The notes: generated from the sequence alone by a model not told the origin. A stretch of 64,000 nucleotides of DNA from Ignavibacteria bacterium (GCA_025612375.1 JAAXKN010000001.1:40669-104668), one strand, 5' to 3'. Shown: positions 31,869 to 39,871, numbered from the stretch's first letter. Numbers and translations are program-made.

Positions 31869-32630
31869 TTACATGGTCCGCCGACTTTTGAAAGCTTTGA
31901 CATCCTCTTTTGATAGAAGAAACCATTCACCATTTTTTCTCTTTTCAACGAATCTTCTATGCCAGTATTTTTCAATTCCAAAAGTATCATCTGTTTCTAT
32001 TTTATGAATTAATTTAGGTTCTTCAGGCAACTTCAATCCTATTTCTTTTTTTCTTCTCTCCACATCGCAGCTTAGTCCAACCTTATAATATTTCCCCGAT
32101 TTCATCATATAAATAAATCCGTAGTTATATTTTTCATCCGTTTTCACAATCTTATTTTGTGGTGCTATTATTTTATATTCTTTTCGGCATATGGTCTGAA
32201 TATCAGACAATTCTTTTTTCCCTTTACAATATATCAGTAGCCTTTCCATTAATTCACTTTTTCGCCCAAATCTCTTATAAAACAACTGATAATATGGAAA
32301 GCTTTTTTGATATTTATAATATTTCATCTTTATTTCTGCATCTGTTGGATACTTACCAATTTCCCTAATAAACTCTATAAGCTTACTTAGAAGTTCTTCA
32401 TCGGTATATTTTTCTACTTTCATTGTATTTGGCTTTATTCCAGCTTCTTTTACAGCATCACTCCATTTTAGCCAATACTTATTTATCATATATTCCGTAA
32501 TATCATATTGCTTGCAGAATGTTTTTACGCCTACATCTAATTTCCCTTTTGAATTAGCAACATTTTTAATTGCTTTCAATATCTCTTTTTTTGTCATATA
32601 ATTCCCCAATAAAAAAGGTGCAGACCTCAT
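31869..32630 (-). CDS. homing-endonuclease-associated repeat x2 plus T5orf172/MUG113 (GIY-YIG-clan) domain protein
   Basis: GFIYMMKSGKYYKVGLS..RRKKEI..IEKYWHRRFVEKRKNGEWF fits the T5orf172 pattern. The N-terminal half has two YTDEELL..G.P-type repeats. The likelier start is the ATG at 32597. Confidence 0.6.
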   Translation of the reverse strand: MRSAPFLLGNYMTKKEILKAIKNVANSKGKLDVGVKTFCKQYDITEYMINKYWLKWSDAVKEAGIKPNTMKVEKYTDEELLSKLIEFIREIGKYPTDAEIKMKYYKYQKSFPYYQLFYKRFGRKSELMERLLIYCKGKKELSDIQTICRKEYKIIAPQNKIVKTDEKYNYGFIYMMKSGKYYKVGLSCDVERRKKEIGLKLPEEPKLIHKIETDDTFGIEKYWHRRFVEKRKNGEWFLLSKEDVKAFKSRRTM

Positions 32631-33102
32631 CTCATTCAGCTTCGTGGTACTGGCATACCATACACCAAAATGATAGAAGCTGCACCCAAGTATGGGTGCA
32701 ACCCTTCTATCTTGTTCTGGTGTTTGTGAAAATTGCCAGTTTTCGAAGCGAACAAGTAGATTGATTACAAATTTTATTTTCTAATACTAATTATAGTATT
32801 TTTGAGAATTCCCCTTCAATAGACTCTAAATAATAGTTAAACGATATAGATCAAATTCATGAATGAAAAATATATTATAATTATGATATTTTAAAGTCTA
32901 ATATTTGTAAAACACAATAACTATTCAAATTCTATTATTACCATTCATTCTTTTCATATAGTAAGTAAGATAAGGGTGGCAATATGTCCTTTTTCAGATT
33001 AGAATATCCAGAGGATGTTAATTGGTTTATGCCACATTTACGCCAACGGCTTAGAATTGTTTTGTTTTTGAACTGATTCCAAAGTTTTTCTGAATTCTCG
33101 CA

Positions 33103-33120
33103 GAATCCCGGTCTCTCCGC
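33103..33120 (+). repeat. direct repeat of the tRNA-Ser 3' end (attR of island 1)
   Basis: 18/18 identity to 24634-24651. Confidence 0.85.
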
Positions 33121-33134
33121 CATCAAACAATTTA

Positions 33135-33166
33135 AGCCTGAAGTCAGAAGATTTCAGGCTTTTTTG
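33135..33166 (+). terminator. intrinsic terminator following att copy 1
   Basis: Stem agcctgaagtc / gatttcaggct, then a T6 run. Confidence 0.65.
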
Positions 33167-33221
33167 TGCCTGCAAATTAAAGTAATGAAGAGCAAATCTC
33201 TTATGGAATTCCGATTTGGGA

Positions 33222-33566
33222 CTAAATATCTGTAATCACCCATTTTATGCCGGATTCAATTTTAGACATAATATCTTCCGGCATGTCTCCGATTTTATTA
33301 CTTATCCGTTCTTCCTTATCAATAGCCCTGATCTGCCCACAATGAACAATACTATCCTTAGTCAAGCCACCCTGATCTTTAGGAACAAAAACATGCATCT
33401 TACTGGTCTTGCCAAATGCATCGGTAATGGGACAGATAACAACTACAGCCGCGTTCTTATTAACAATATCGTTAGATACAACTACCGCCGGACGGAATTT
33501 TTGCATTTCTCTGCCCCTGACCGGCTCCAAATCTACGTAGTATATTTCACCTCTTTTAATTTCCAT
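33222..33566 (-). CDS. mazF: MazF/PemK-family toxin endoribonuclease
   Basis: MEIKRGEIYYVDLEPVRGREMQKFRPAVVVS..VVICPITD..CGQIRAIDK. The ATG overlaps the antitoxin stop (TAATG). Confidence 0.8.
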   Translation of the reverse strand: MEIKRGEIYYVDLEPVRGREMQKFRPAVVVSNDIVNKNAAVVVICPITDAFGKTSKMHVFVPKDQGGLTKDSIVHCGQIRAIDKEERISNKIGDMPEDIMSKIESGIKWVITDI

Positions 33567-33817
33567 TATATCTTCGCCTCGGCAGATTTCCAATCCTTAG
33601 CCATCTGCTTGTCATTTTCATAATAAAACTTACAAGCTTCAATGACTTCCTGCTCTGTTTTCTTTTCCTCCATTTTTTTCATGTATTCATCCAGAGCTGC
33701 ACGAACCATCTGGCTGAGATTGATATTTAACTCCCTGGCCATTGACTCAGCTTTTTCAATCATATCAGCCGGCAAAAGAAAGTTCTTTCTTAAATTTCCA
33801 GTTGCTGCATTTTTCAT
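33566..33817 (-). CDS. ribbon-helix-helix-type antitoxin
   Basis: 83 aa. The RKNFLLPADMIEKAESMARELNINLSQMVRAAL pattern matches CopG/RHH. It sits upstream of mazF and overlaps it. Confidence 0.65.
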   Translation of the reverse strand: MKNAATGNLRKNFLLPADMIEKAESMARELNINLSQMVRAALDEYMKKMEEKKTEQEVIEACKFYYENDKQMAKDWKSAEAKI

Positions 33818-34033
33818 AATTCACTTCCTATTCTCGATTCAATTATAACAGAGCTAACCGTATTTTCTCAGAGACCCCATGATATACAATTAAGTACATA
33901 TGGAATATATGTATAATACATACACCCATAAAGTACACCCGAATGTATACAAAGTCAAGAGAGAAATCAGGTGATAATAGGAACTTCCTTTTCCCAAGGG
34001 AAACGCATTTGAGGAAGAGTTAAAGATTTTTAC

Positions 34034-34067
34034 AAAATTTTCCGAAAACGCTTCTCGTCACCATATA
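34034..34067 (+). promoter_or_regulatory. 34-nt conserved upstream element, copy 1
   Basis: aaaattttccgaaaacgcttctcgtcaccatata matches 39080-39113 at 32/34 positions. It lies 47 nt upstream of the ATG at 34114. Confidence 0.45.
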
Positions 34068-34113
34068 TATATATGTATAAGGAAATAGCTTTTTGCCAAC
34101 TTCTGAGGAATTC

Positions 34114-34476
34114 ATGAAAAAGGGCATCTGTTCAATTCTTCTTTTTACCATTATGCTTACACTGACATCCTGCTATTCAGAACGTTTTGTTAATTCTCAG
34201 AATAATCTTAATGAAGTTAAGGACAGCGACATTATTGTCTCTGTTGAGACAAATGACGGCAGGTTAATAATGAATGAGCGTCCAAACGCAGTATATAAAT
34301 CCGATAAGGGTCTTTATGTCGTGGATACAACGGGTACAAAGGTTCTCCCTTATAAGGATGTGAAATCAGTTAAAATAAAGGAAGTAAGTTACTTTAAGAC
34401 AGCTTCTCTGGTAGCAGGAGCGAGTCTGATTGGAAATATTGTTTTATTCGTTACCAGCTTTCATGGATTTCAATAA
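34114..34476 (+). CDS. lipoprotein, function unknown
   Basis: MKKGICSILLFTIMLTLTSC lipobox plus a C-terminal hydrophobic helix. The ORF-track start at 34093 is a TTG. Confidence 0.5.
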   Translation: MKKGICSILLFTIMLTLTSCYSERFVNSQNNLNEVKDSDIIVSVETNDGRLIMNERPNAVYKSDKGLYVVDTTGTKVLPYKDVKSVKIKEVSYFKTASLVAGASLIGNIVLFVTSFHGFQ

Positions 34477-34677
34477 TTCACATGAGAAATAAATTAAATT
34501 ATCCATCTGTCCCGGATTTAAGTTCTAAAACCCTTTACTTTGCAAGAAGGATGTTTCTGGTTTATACGAAATTTGGTTAAATTCACATGGGCGTAGTTTT
34601 GGATATAGGTAACATTTGCCCGCAGGCACTGCGTTCACAATATCTGCAATAGTCTTTACTTTTTAGGAATACATTTG

Positions 34678-36429
34678 ATGAAAAGGCTCTACTTCATAAT
34701 TTTTATACTTGGAATTACATCAACTATATTTTCCCAGAACTTTAATCCGGTTAAATGCAGGGCTTTAAATCGTGACTGGAAAACCATTATCGACACAACA
34801 TGGGGAGAGGGAAATCCAACTGCGGTTAAACTGGCAGTGTTTGATTCCGTTTGGAACACAATAGACCGCCAGTATGCCTGCTTTCAGAACCTTGATATTG
34901 ACTGGAAAGCGCTAAAAGATAAGTACAGACCTGAAATAGAAAGTGGAGTAAGCAGGGGCAGATTTGCGGCTATCATGAATTATCTTGGATTAAGTCTTCA
35001 GGAAACACACACAAATTTTTCAGATCCGGGAGTAAATTATAGATATGTATTAGATGCTCCTCCTGGAGCCCCCATCCTTTATACAGGCTTTTGGGGACGA
35101 GATTCCCGTTTCGGGGCCGGACTCACACCCCTTGCTGACAGTTCACTGCTGGTATATCAGGCTGTTGAGAATCATCCGCTTGGCTTGATACCAGGAGATA
35201 TTGTTCTGGGCTATGACGGCGTACCCTGGAAAATACTTTATAAGGAACTGCATAAGCTTGAAATACCCATTAATATGTCAAGCCAATGGGGATCAAACAA
35301 TGAGGCATTCACGCACCTATGGCTTTCAGGAGCAGGACAGAACTGGCACTTGTTCGATACAATTGATATAAAGAAATTCAGAACAGGCGAAATTGTCCAC
35401 ATCCCTACAAATCTTTTGGTAAATAAGAAATTCAATATTACTTATTCCGAACAGTTGCCTGTTCCCGGAGTACCATGGATAGATAAAAGCAATAATTGGT
35501 CTGTTGCCTGGGGCATGGTGGAAGGGACAAAAGTAGGATATATCTACGTTTGGAATTGGTTTAGTGGAATTTCAGTGAAATTTCATAACGCACTGGATTC
35601 GCTGATAAATGTCAATAAGGCTGAAGGTCTTATTCTGGACTTCAGAGCAAATTATGGCGGGTATGTAAGGGAAAGTGACTGGGGACTAAGCCTTCTTTTT
35701 AAGAATTCTGCTCCTACTTTATCTTTAGTTACCAGAAGTAACCCGTATGATCATTTTCAAATGAAGAATACATCTAATTACATTTTTTCAGATGATTCAA
35801 CTGCTTATTTTGATAAGCCGATTGCCGTACTGACTGGACCAATGTCAATAAGCGCTTCTGATTTTATTGTAAAAAGACTGCAGTACCATCCCAAAGTAAG
35901 GGTATTCGGGAAGTCCACATCTTCAGCATTTGCATCCGCCTCAAGAATTATGATTTCTAATATCGAATTGGATTTTGCCGAATATAACGGTATGGATATT
36001 AGTAATCCCGGGGAATATCTGACGCATAATAAACAGAAAGTGGATGATGATGTTTGGTTTACTCCGGAGGACGTAAACAAAGGAGAAGATTCAGTAGTTA
36101 AAGAAGCTTTGAAATGGATAAATGATAATGTACTTTCTATACATCCTGAAAACACATCTGTAGTAACAGAATTCAATCTTAAACAAAATTATCCAAATCC
36201 TTTCAACCCGGCAACAACCATAAGCTATTCAATCCCAAAAGGGGCATTTGTTGACCTGAAAGTATTTGACATGCTGGGACGTGAAGTATCAACACTTGTA
36301 AGTAAAGAACAAAGTGCAGGAGAGTATAAGGTTCAGTTTGACGCATCCTCCCTGCCCAGCGGAGTGTACATATACACTTTGCAGGCAGGCCAGTTCAAAG
36401 ATTCCAGGAAACTACTAATCCTTAAGTAA
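34678..36429 (+). CDS. peptidase S41-like (tail-specific protease family) with T9SS C-terminal domain
   Basis: LILDFRANYGGYV and GPMSISASDFIV match S41 motifs. The C-terminal NYPNPFNPATTISYSIP..SGVYIYTLQAG..LLILK matches the CTD pattern. Confidence 0.7.
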   Translation: MKRLYFIIFILGITSTIFSQNFNPVKCRALNRDWKTIIDTTWGEGNPTAVKLAVFDSVWNTIDRQYACFQNLDIDWKALKDKYRPEIESGVSRGRFAAIMNYLGLSLQETHTNFSDPGVNYRYVLDAPPGAPILYTGFWGRDSRFGAGLTPLADSSLLVYQAVENHPLGLIPGDIVLGYDGVPWKILYKELHKLEIPINMSSQWGSNNEAFTHLWLSGAGQNWHLFDTIDIKKFRTGEIVHIPTNLLVNKKFNITYSEQLPVPGVPWIDKSNNWSVAWGMVEGTKVGYIYVWNWFSGISVKFHNALDSLINVNKAEGLILDFRANYGGYVRESDWGLSLLFKNSAPTLSLVTRSNPYDHFQMKNTSNYIFSDDSTAYFDKPIAVLTGPMSISASDFIVKRLQYHPKVRVFGKSTSSAFASASRIMISNIELDFAEYNGMDISNPGEYLTHNKQKVDDDVWFTPEDVNKGEDSVVKEALKWINDNVLSIHPENTSVVTEFNLKQNYPNPFNPATTISYSIPKGAFVDLKVFDMLGREVSTLVSKEQSAGEYKVQFDASSLPSGVYIYTLQAGQFKDSRKLLILK

Positions 36430-36478
36430 TTTTGAGCTCATCTATTCAATACTGTATATTTTATGGCGAAAAGTTTTC

Positions 36479-36493
36479 TCCCGGTCTCTCCGC
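36479..36493 (+). repeat. tRNA-Ser 3'-end repeat, copy 2
   Basis: tcccggtctctccgc matches 24637-24651 at 15/15 positions. Confidence 0.75.
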
Positions 36494-36505
36494 AAAAAAG
36501 AAGAA

Positions 36506-36537
36506 AGCCCAAAACCCCACAGCTTTGGGCTTTTTTG
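36506..36537. terminator. bidirectional terminator between convergent CTD genes
   Basis: Stem agcccaaa / tttgggct, flanked by A- and T-runs. Confidence 0.65.
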
Positions 36538-36542
36538 TATCC

Positions 36543-37268
36543 TCACTTAAATAGCAGTAATTTCTTTGAATCGGTGAACTGTCCTGCCCTGATCGTGTAA
36601 ATGTATATTCCGCTGGGAAGATTGGATGCATCATAATGAACAGTATAAGTCCCTGCTTCTTTGTATCCGTTAACCAGTACAGCCGCCTCATTGCCAAGTA
36701 TGTCGTAAACCCTTAGACTTACAAACTGGCTCTTTGGTAATAAAAATGTAATGTTTGTACCTGGATTAAAAGGATTGGGATAATTCTGCTCTAAGGAATA
36801 CTTGTCAGGCCCCGGGTTTTTACCTGTTTCAACTCCGGATGTGCCCAATAGATTTAACGGCATGCTGAATACTCCCCCGCCTTCAGTTCCTGCAAAGAGG
36901 TCAGATTCGCTTGCTGCCAGAGATTTAACACTAGTATTTGTAAGGCCCGTATTGACCTTACTCCAGTTCGCCCCGTTATTTGCCGATTGGAATACCCCTC
37001 CGGGAGTCCCGGCAAAAAGATTAGAACCGCTAACTGCAATAGTGTAAATATCGTTATATGGTAATCCAGTGCTGCGCTGAGTCCAGCTTTCGCCATTGTC
37101 AGTTGACACGAATACTCCGCCATTTGTTCCGGCAAACATATTATTCCCGCTTACAGCCAGGGAATAAAAACTATAACCGCCGGACGGCCCGTTGGTATGT
37201 ATCCACTGTACCCGGATCTGAGCAACCAGACATAAAATAAATGTTAAACTTAAGAGCAGTCGTTTCAT
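36543..37268 (-). CDS. BNR/Asp-box repeat protein with T9SS C-terminal domain
   Basis: 241 aa with a signal peptide, STDNGESWTQ and SANNGANWSK Asp-boxes, and an NYPNPFNPGTNITF.. CTD. Confidence 0.65.
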   Translation of the reverse strand: MKRLLLSLTFILCLVAQIRVQWIHTNGPSGGYSFYSLAVSGNNMFAGTNGGVFVSTDNGESWTQRSTGLPYNDIYTIAVSGSNLFAGTPGGVFQSANNGANWSKVNTGLTNTSVKSLAASESDLFAGTEGGGVFSMPLNLLGTSGVETGKNPGPDKYSLEQNYPNPFNPGTNITFLLPKSQFVSLRVYDILGNEAAVLVNGYKEAGTYTVHYDASNLPSGIYIYTIRAGQFTDSKKLLLFK

Positions 37269-37643
37269 ATGGCTGTATACAGAAATTTATGATAATTAGT
37301 AAGTAAGTTTTTCCATTATATCAGGCACCGGATGCCTGATGCGTTAAAAATATTCCTGTATAGCCTCTAAACGATACAACATGCAATTAAACCGGCAGGT
37401 ATAATAACCAGGCATAAAGCTATTCTGTCAAGTGGATTTGACACATTTTACTTTTAAGAATGCTTGCAGTTAAGGCCTGTTCGGTTTTATTCTAAATAAA
37501 AACTTAAGTTAACAAGAACCTGTTCACACAGCCATCAAAGATAAAAGAAAACCGGGAAATAACATAGAAGCAATTTCTAAGCCTACGGTCTTAAAAAAGA
37601 TTAAGTAAATAACAGGAAATTATACCGCCCGGACACAAGGATT

Positions 37644-37659
37644 ATCCCGGTCCCGCCAC
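37644..37659 (+). repeat. degraded tRNA 3'-end-like repeat, copy 3
   Basis: atcccggtc matches exactly and is followed by ccgccac. The same A-run and hairpin context (cacggctttgggcttttc) follows. Confidence 0.45.
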
Positions 37660-37717
37660 AAAAAAAACACAAAATCACACGGCTTTGGGCTTTTCTGTGC
37701 CCTTTCGTTAATGCAAG

Positions 37718-37851
37718 CCCCCATTTCTCTGGCCTGCCATGAGATTAATTATCAAAGATTTGATATATTATCAAATTTCTGAATATTAATTTTATTCTAT
37801 CCGCCAAAATTTAATTTTTCAGGCTGTTTATTCCGGCCCGATCTTTGAACA
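37718..37851 (+). repeat. roughly 134-nt repeat R, copy 1 (paralog of 40588-40722)
   Basis: It shares cccccattt..gcctgccatgagatt.attatca..tgatatat.atcaaatttctga..ttattccggcccgatctttgaaca with copy 2. Identity is roughly four-fifths by eye. Confidence 0.75.
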
Positions 37852-37855
37852 ACGT

Positions 37856-38092
37856 CCATTTAACCCAACTACTTCAATCAGCTATTCCATTCCTGAACAG
37901 TTTCTGGTAGAATTAAAAGTTTATGATCTGTTAAGCCGTCAGATTTCAACTCTGATAAATAAAGAGCAGAGTGCAGGTGAGTATAAGTTTCAGTTTGACG
38001 GCTCTTCGCTGCTCACAGGGATGTATGTATATTCCATACAGGCCGGGGAGTTCAGAGTCTCAAAGATACCCATCCTGATTAAGCAGCTATAG
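37856..38092 (+). pseudogene. T9SS C-terminal-domain-only gene remnant (no start codon)
   Basis: It reads PFNPTTSISYSIPEQFLVELKVYDLLSRQISTLINKEQSAGEYKFQFDGSSLLTGMYVYSIQAGEFRVSKIPILIKQL-stop. The frame is open back to a TAA at 37787-37789 with no ATG, GTG or TTG. It is fused directly to repeat R. Confidence 0.7.
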
Positions 38093-38154
38093 GATAAGCT
38101 AAAATATAATTGATGGCGGGAGTTCTTTAGGATAATTAGATAGCATTAGAAGAA

Positions 38155-38184
38155 AAGGCCGGTCAATTACGACCGGCCTTTTTC
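38155..38184. terminator. bidirectional intrinsic terminator
   Basis: Stem aaggccggtc / gaccggcctt with flanking A- and T-runs. Confidence 0.7.
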
Positions 38185-38217
38185 ATTAAGGTCTTTTCCT
38201 GGCAGTTAATTACTCCC

Positions 38218-38826
38218 CTATTGCAAAGGGAAGTTTATGATTTTATTTTCTAACGGCAGAAAATATGCACTCTGTCCAGTTCCATAGTACAATTTATTTC
38301 GTATTTCCTGAATGCTTGTTTCGTTCTGAATATGCCCTGCCTGTACATACCAGGCCAGGACTACGTTAATAGGTCCATTTTGATTGGATAAAGGTAACTC
38401 TGAAAGCTTTTCTTTTGAAATCTTGAATTGATAATTTTTGCTTAATTTATCCTTAAGAAAAACTAAGCTGTCCAGGAAAAAGGTAGGAACAATTATCTCG
38501 GTATTTGATTTTATCTTAAGGGAATCTCCATAAAAGACAAATGTATGCATATATACCATCGCTGCATTGACTTCCATACTATCGCCCCCATATGTTACCT
38601 TAGGCCATCCGTATAGATTCCTGTCAAAGTCAAGCTTCAGCTGGAAAGTATAGAACTGTGTACTGTCTGCGCTGTCTTTCTGAATTTCCCATGTGCCTTT
38701 GTAAAAACGTTCGAAATTTTGAGGCGGTGTTTCTGAAGCAACTGAAGAAGATGTGGGATTTGAGGATTTTTGGCAGCCCAAAATCATTGAGCAAACAATA
38801 ACTATAAGAAACAATTTGTTTTGCAT
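38218..38826 (-). CDS. lipoprotein, function unknown
   Basis: The ATG at 38826 gives MQNKLFLIVIVCSMILGC, which contains a lipobox. Confidence 0.5.
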   Translation of the reverse strand: MQNKLFLIVIVCSMILGCQKSSNPTSSSVASETPPQNFERFYKGTWEIQKDSADSTQFYTFQLKLDFDRNLYGWPKVTYGGDSMEVNAAMVYMHTFVFYGDSLKIKSNTEIIVPTFFLDSLVFLKDKLSKNYQFKISKEKLSELPLSNQNGPINVVLAWYVQAGHIQNETSIQEIRNKLYYGTGQSAYFLPLENKIINFPLQ

Positions 38827-39079
38827 AGTGTGCACCAGGAATTTTATTTATAAAGGTGGATTAATGAGCAAGCAAAAACACAGATTCTTAAACTAAGAGC
38901 TCAAAGTATTATAAAACGAATAAATTTCTATTAAATAATAAGAAATGTTTGTTCAACAACCAACGTTCCAGGGAGGAAAAATGGATATGTTCTTTATTTT
39001 TCCCCTTTCCCGTCCTTGCAAATTTCTACATAATGTGGCCCATTCTGTAATAAATTCTTAATTTTCTATTTTGTTCAGG

Positions 39080-39113
39080 AAAATTTTCCGAAAACGCTCT
39101 TCGTCACCATATA
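39080..39113 (+). promoter_or_regulatory. 34-nt conserved upstream element, copy 2
   Basis: aaaattttccgaaaacgctcttcgtcaccatata ends in tataat and lies 59 nt upstream of the ATG at 39172. Confidence 0.45.
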
Positions 39114-39171
39114 ATACATATAGAAAAATTATTGGGAACTTACTGGTTTGGGAAAACATGGAGAAATATAT

Positions 39172-39741
39172 ATGAAACGTTTTCACACAGTTTTTCTTTT
39201 TCTGGTGCTTTTAAGCAGCATCCGGTTTGCACAAAACAGGAACGTCGCAGTTGTACTAAAAATGGGCCCATCCAGCTATGAGTTTGATGGTTTTAACGAA
39301 TCCAGCAGTTGGCGCAGTGCCCTGCAGACCTCGGCAGGGGTAGAATTCCCCATAAGCAGCAACTTCTCTCTACAAACCCAGCTATATTACTCACAGCACG
39401 AAGTAGAGGCCACTGGTATTTATATGAATCTTGTACAGAAGGATCCCAAAATCAGGCTTGTTGATTTTCTGTGCAGCCTAAAGTGGAATATCGGCTATTT
39501 TTACCTTATTGGAGGCTACGGCCTATCGCTCCAGAATACGGATGAAATGGGCGTTTACGTAAAAGGGGTCTATACGAAGCTGGATTCCAAAGATAATAAG
39601 ATTTTTAAGGCGTACCTCCTGGGCATGGGGGCGGACGTAAATGTCTGGGAAAATCTGAATTTAATTGCTGAAGCCAATCTGCATATAAGAGATGAATATG
39701 GCGGTAATCTGCTTATGGGAGTTAAATATTTTATTTACTGA
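39172..39741 (+). CDS. small outer-membrane beta-barrel protein
   Basis: Signal peptide MKRFHTVFLFLVLLSSIRFAQ, alternating beta-strand pattern, C-terminal ..GVKYFIY. Confidence 0.5.
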   Translation: MKRFHTVFLFLVLLSSIRFAQNRNVAVVLKMGPSSYEFDGFNESSSWRSALQTSAGVEFPISSNFSLQTQLYYSQHEVEATGIYMNLVQKDPKIRLVDFLCSLKWNIGYFYLIGGYGLSLQNTDEMGVYVKGVYTKLDSKDNKIFKAYLLGMGADVNVWENLNLIAEANLHIRDEYGGNLLMGVKYFIY

Positions 39742-39856
39742 TAAATCATGTGGATCTATTCTGGTAGCAAAATACTCAGAACATTTTCAGGACACCGGCA
39801 TAGAGAAAAAGCATAAATCAGCCTAAGTTAAATATGTTTTGTGGCGGGGAACTTTC

Positions 39857-39871
39857 TCCCGGTCTCTCCGC
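39857..39871 (+). repeat. tRNA-Ser 3'-end repeat, copy 4
   Basis: tcccggtctctccgc at 15/15, followed by an A-run and a hairpin terminator at 39882-39914. Confidence 0.75.

Larger units (their letters stand above)
24634..33120. mobile_element. integrative element at tRNA-Ser, bounded by an 18-bp direct repeat (attL 24634-24651, attR 33103-33120)
   Basis: The sequence gaatcccggtctctccgc is exact at both ends. The integrase lies next to attL. All genes are on the minus strand. It is markedly more AT-rich than the core: about 28% GC against about 48% in single spot-counted 60-nt lines. Confidence 0.8.

Noticed and set aside
24652-33120. Island 1 as a filamentous (inovirus-like) prophage
   Set aside because: The Rep_trans/gene II-like ORF and the small membrane proteins are suggestive. 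However, I found no Zot/pI-type P-loop ATPase, no obvious major-coat-like 40-60-aa signal-plus-TM gene set, and no ssDNA-binding candidate. There is not enough to make the call.
32938-33126. 62-aa minus-strand ORF overlapping att copy 1
   Set aside because: It starts inside the tRNA-derived repeat, has no RBS, and shows no motif in its translation. It is probably non-coding att-arm DNA.
36461-36697. 78-aa minus-strand ORF spanning att copy 2
   Set aside because: It is out of frame with the BNR/CTD gene and runs across the terminator and the att repeat. It is spurious.
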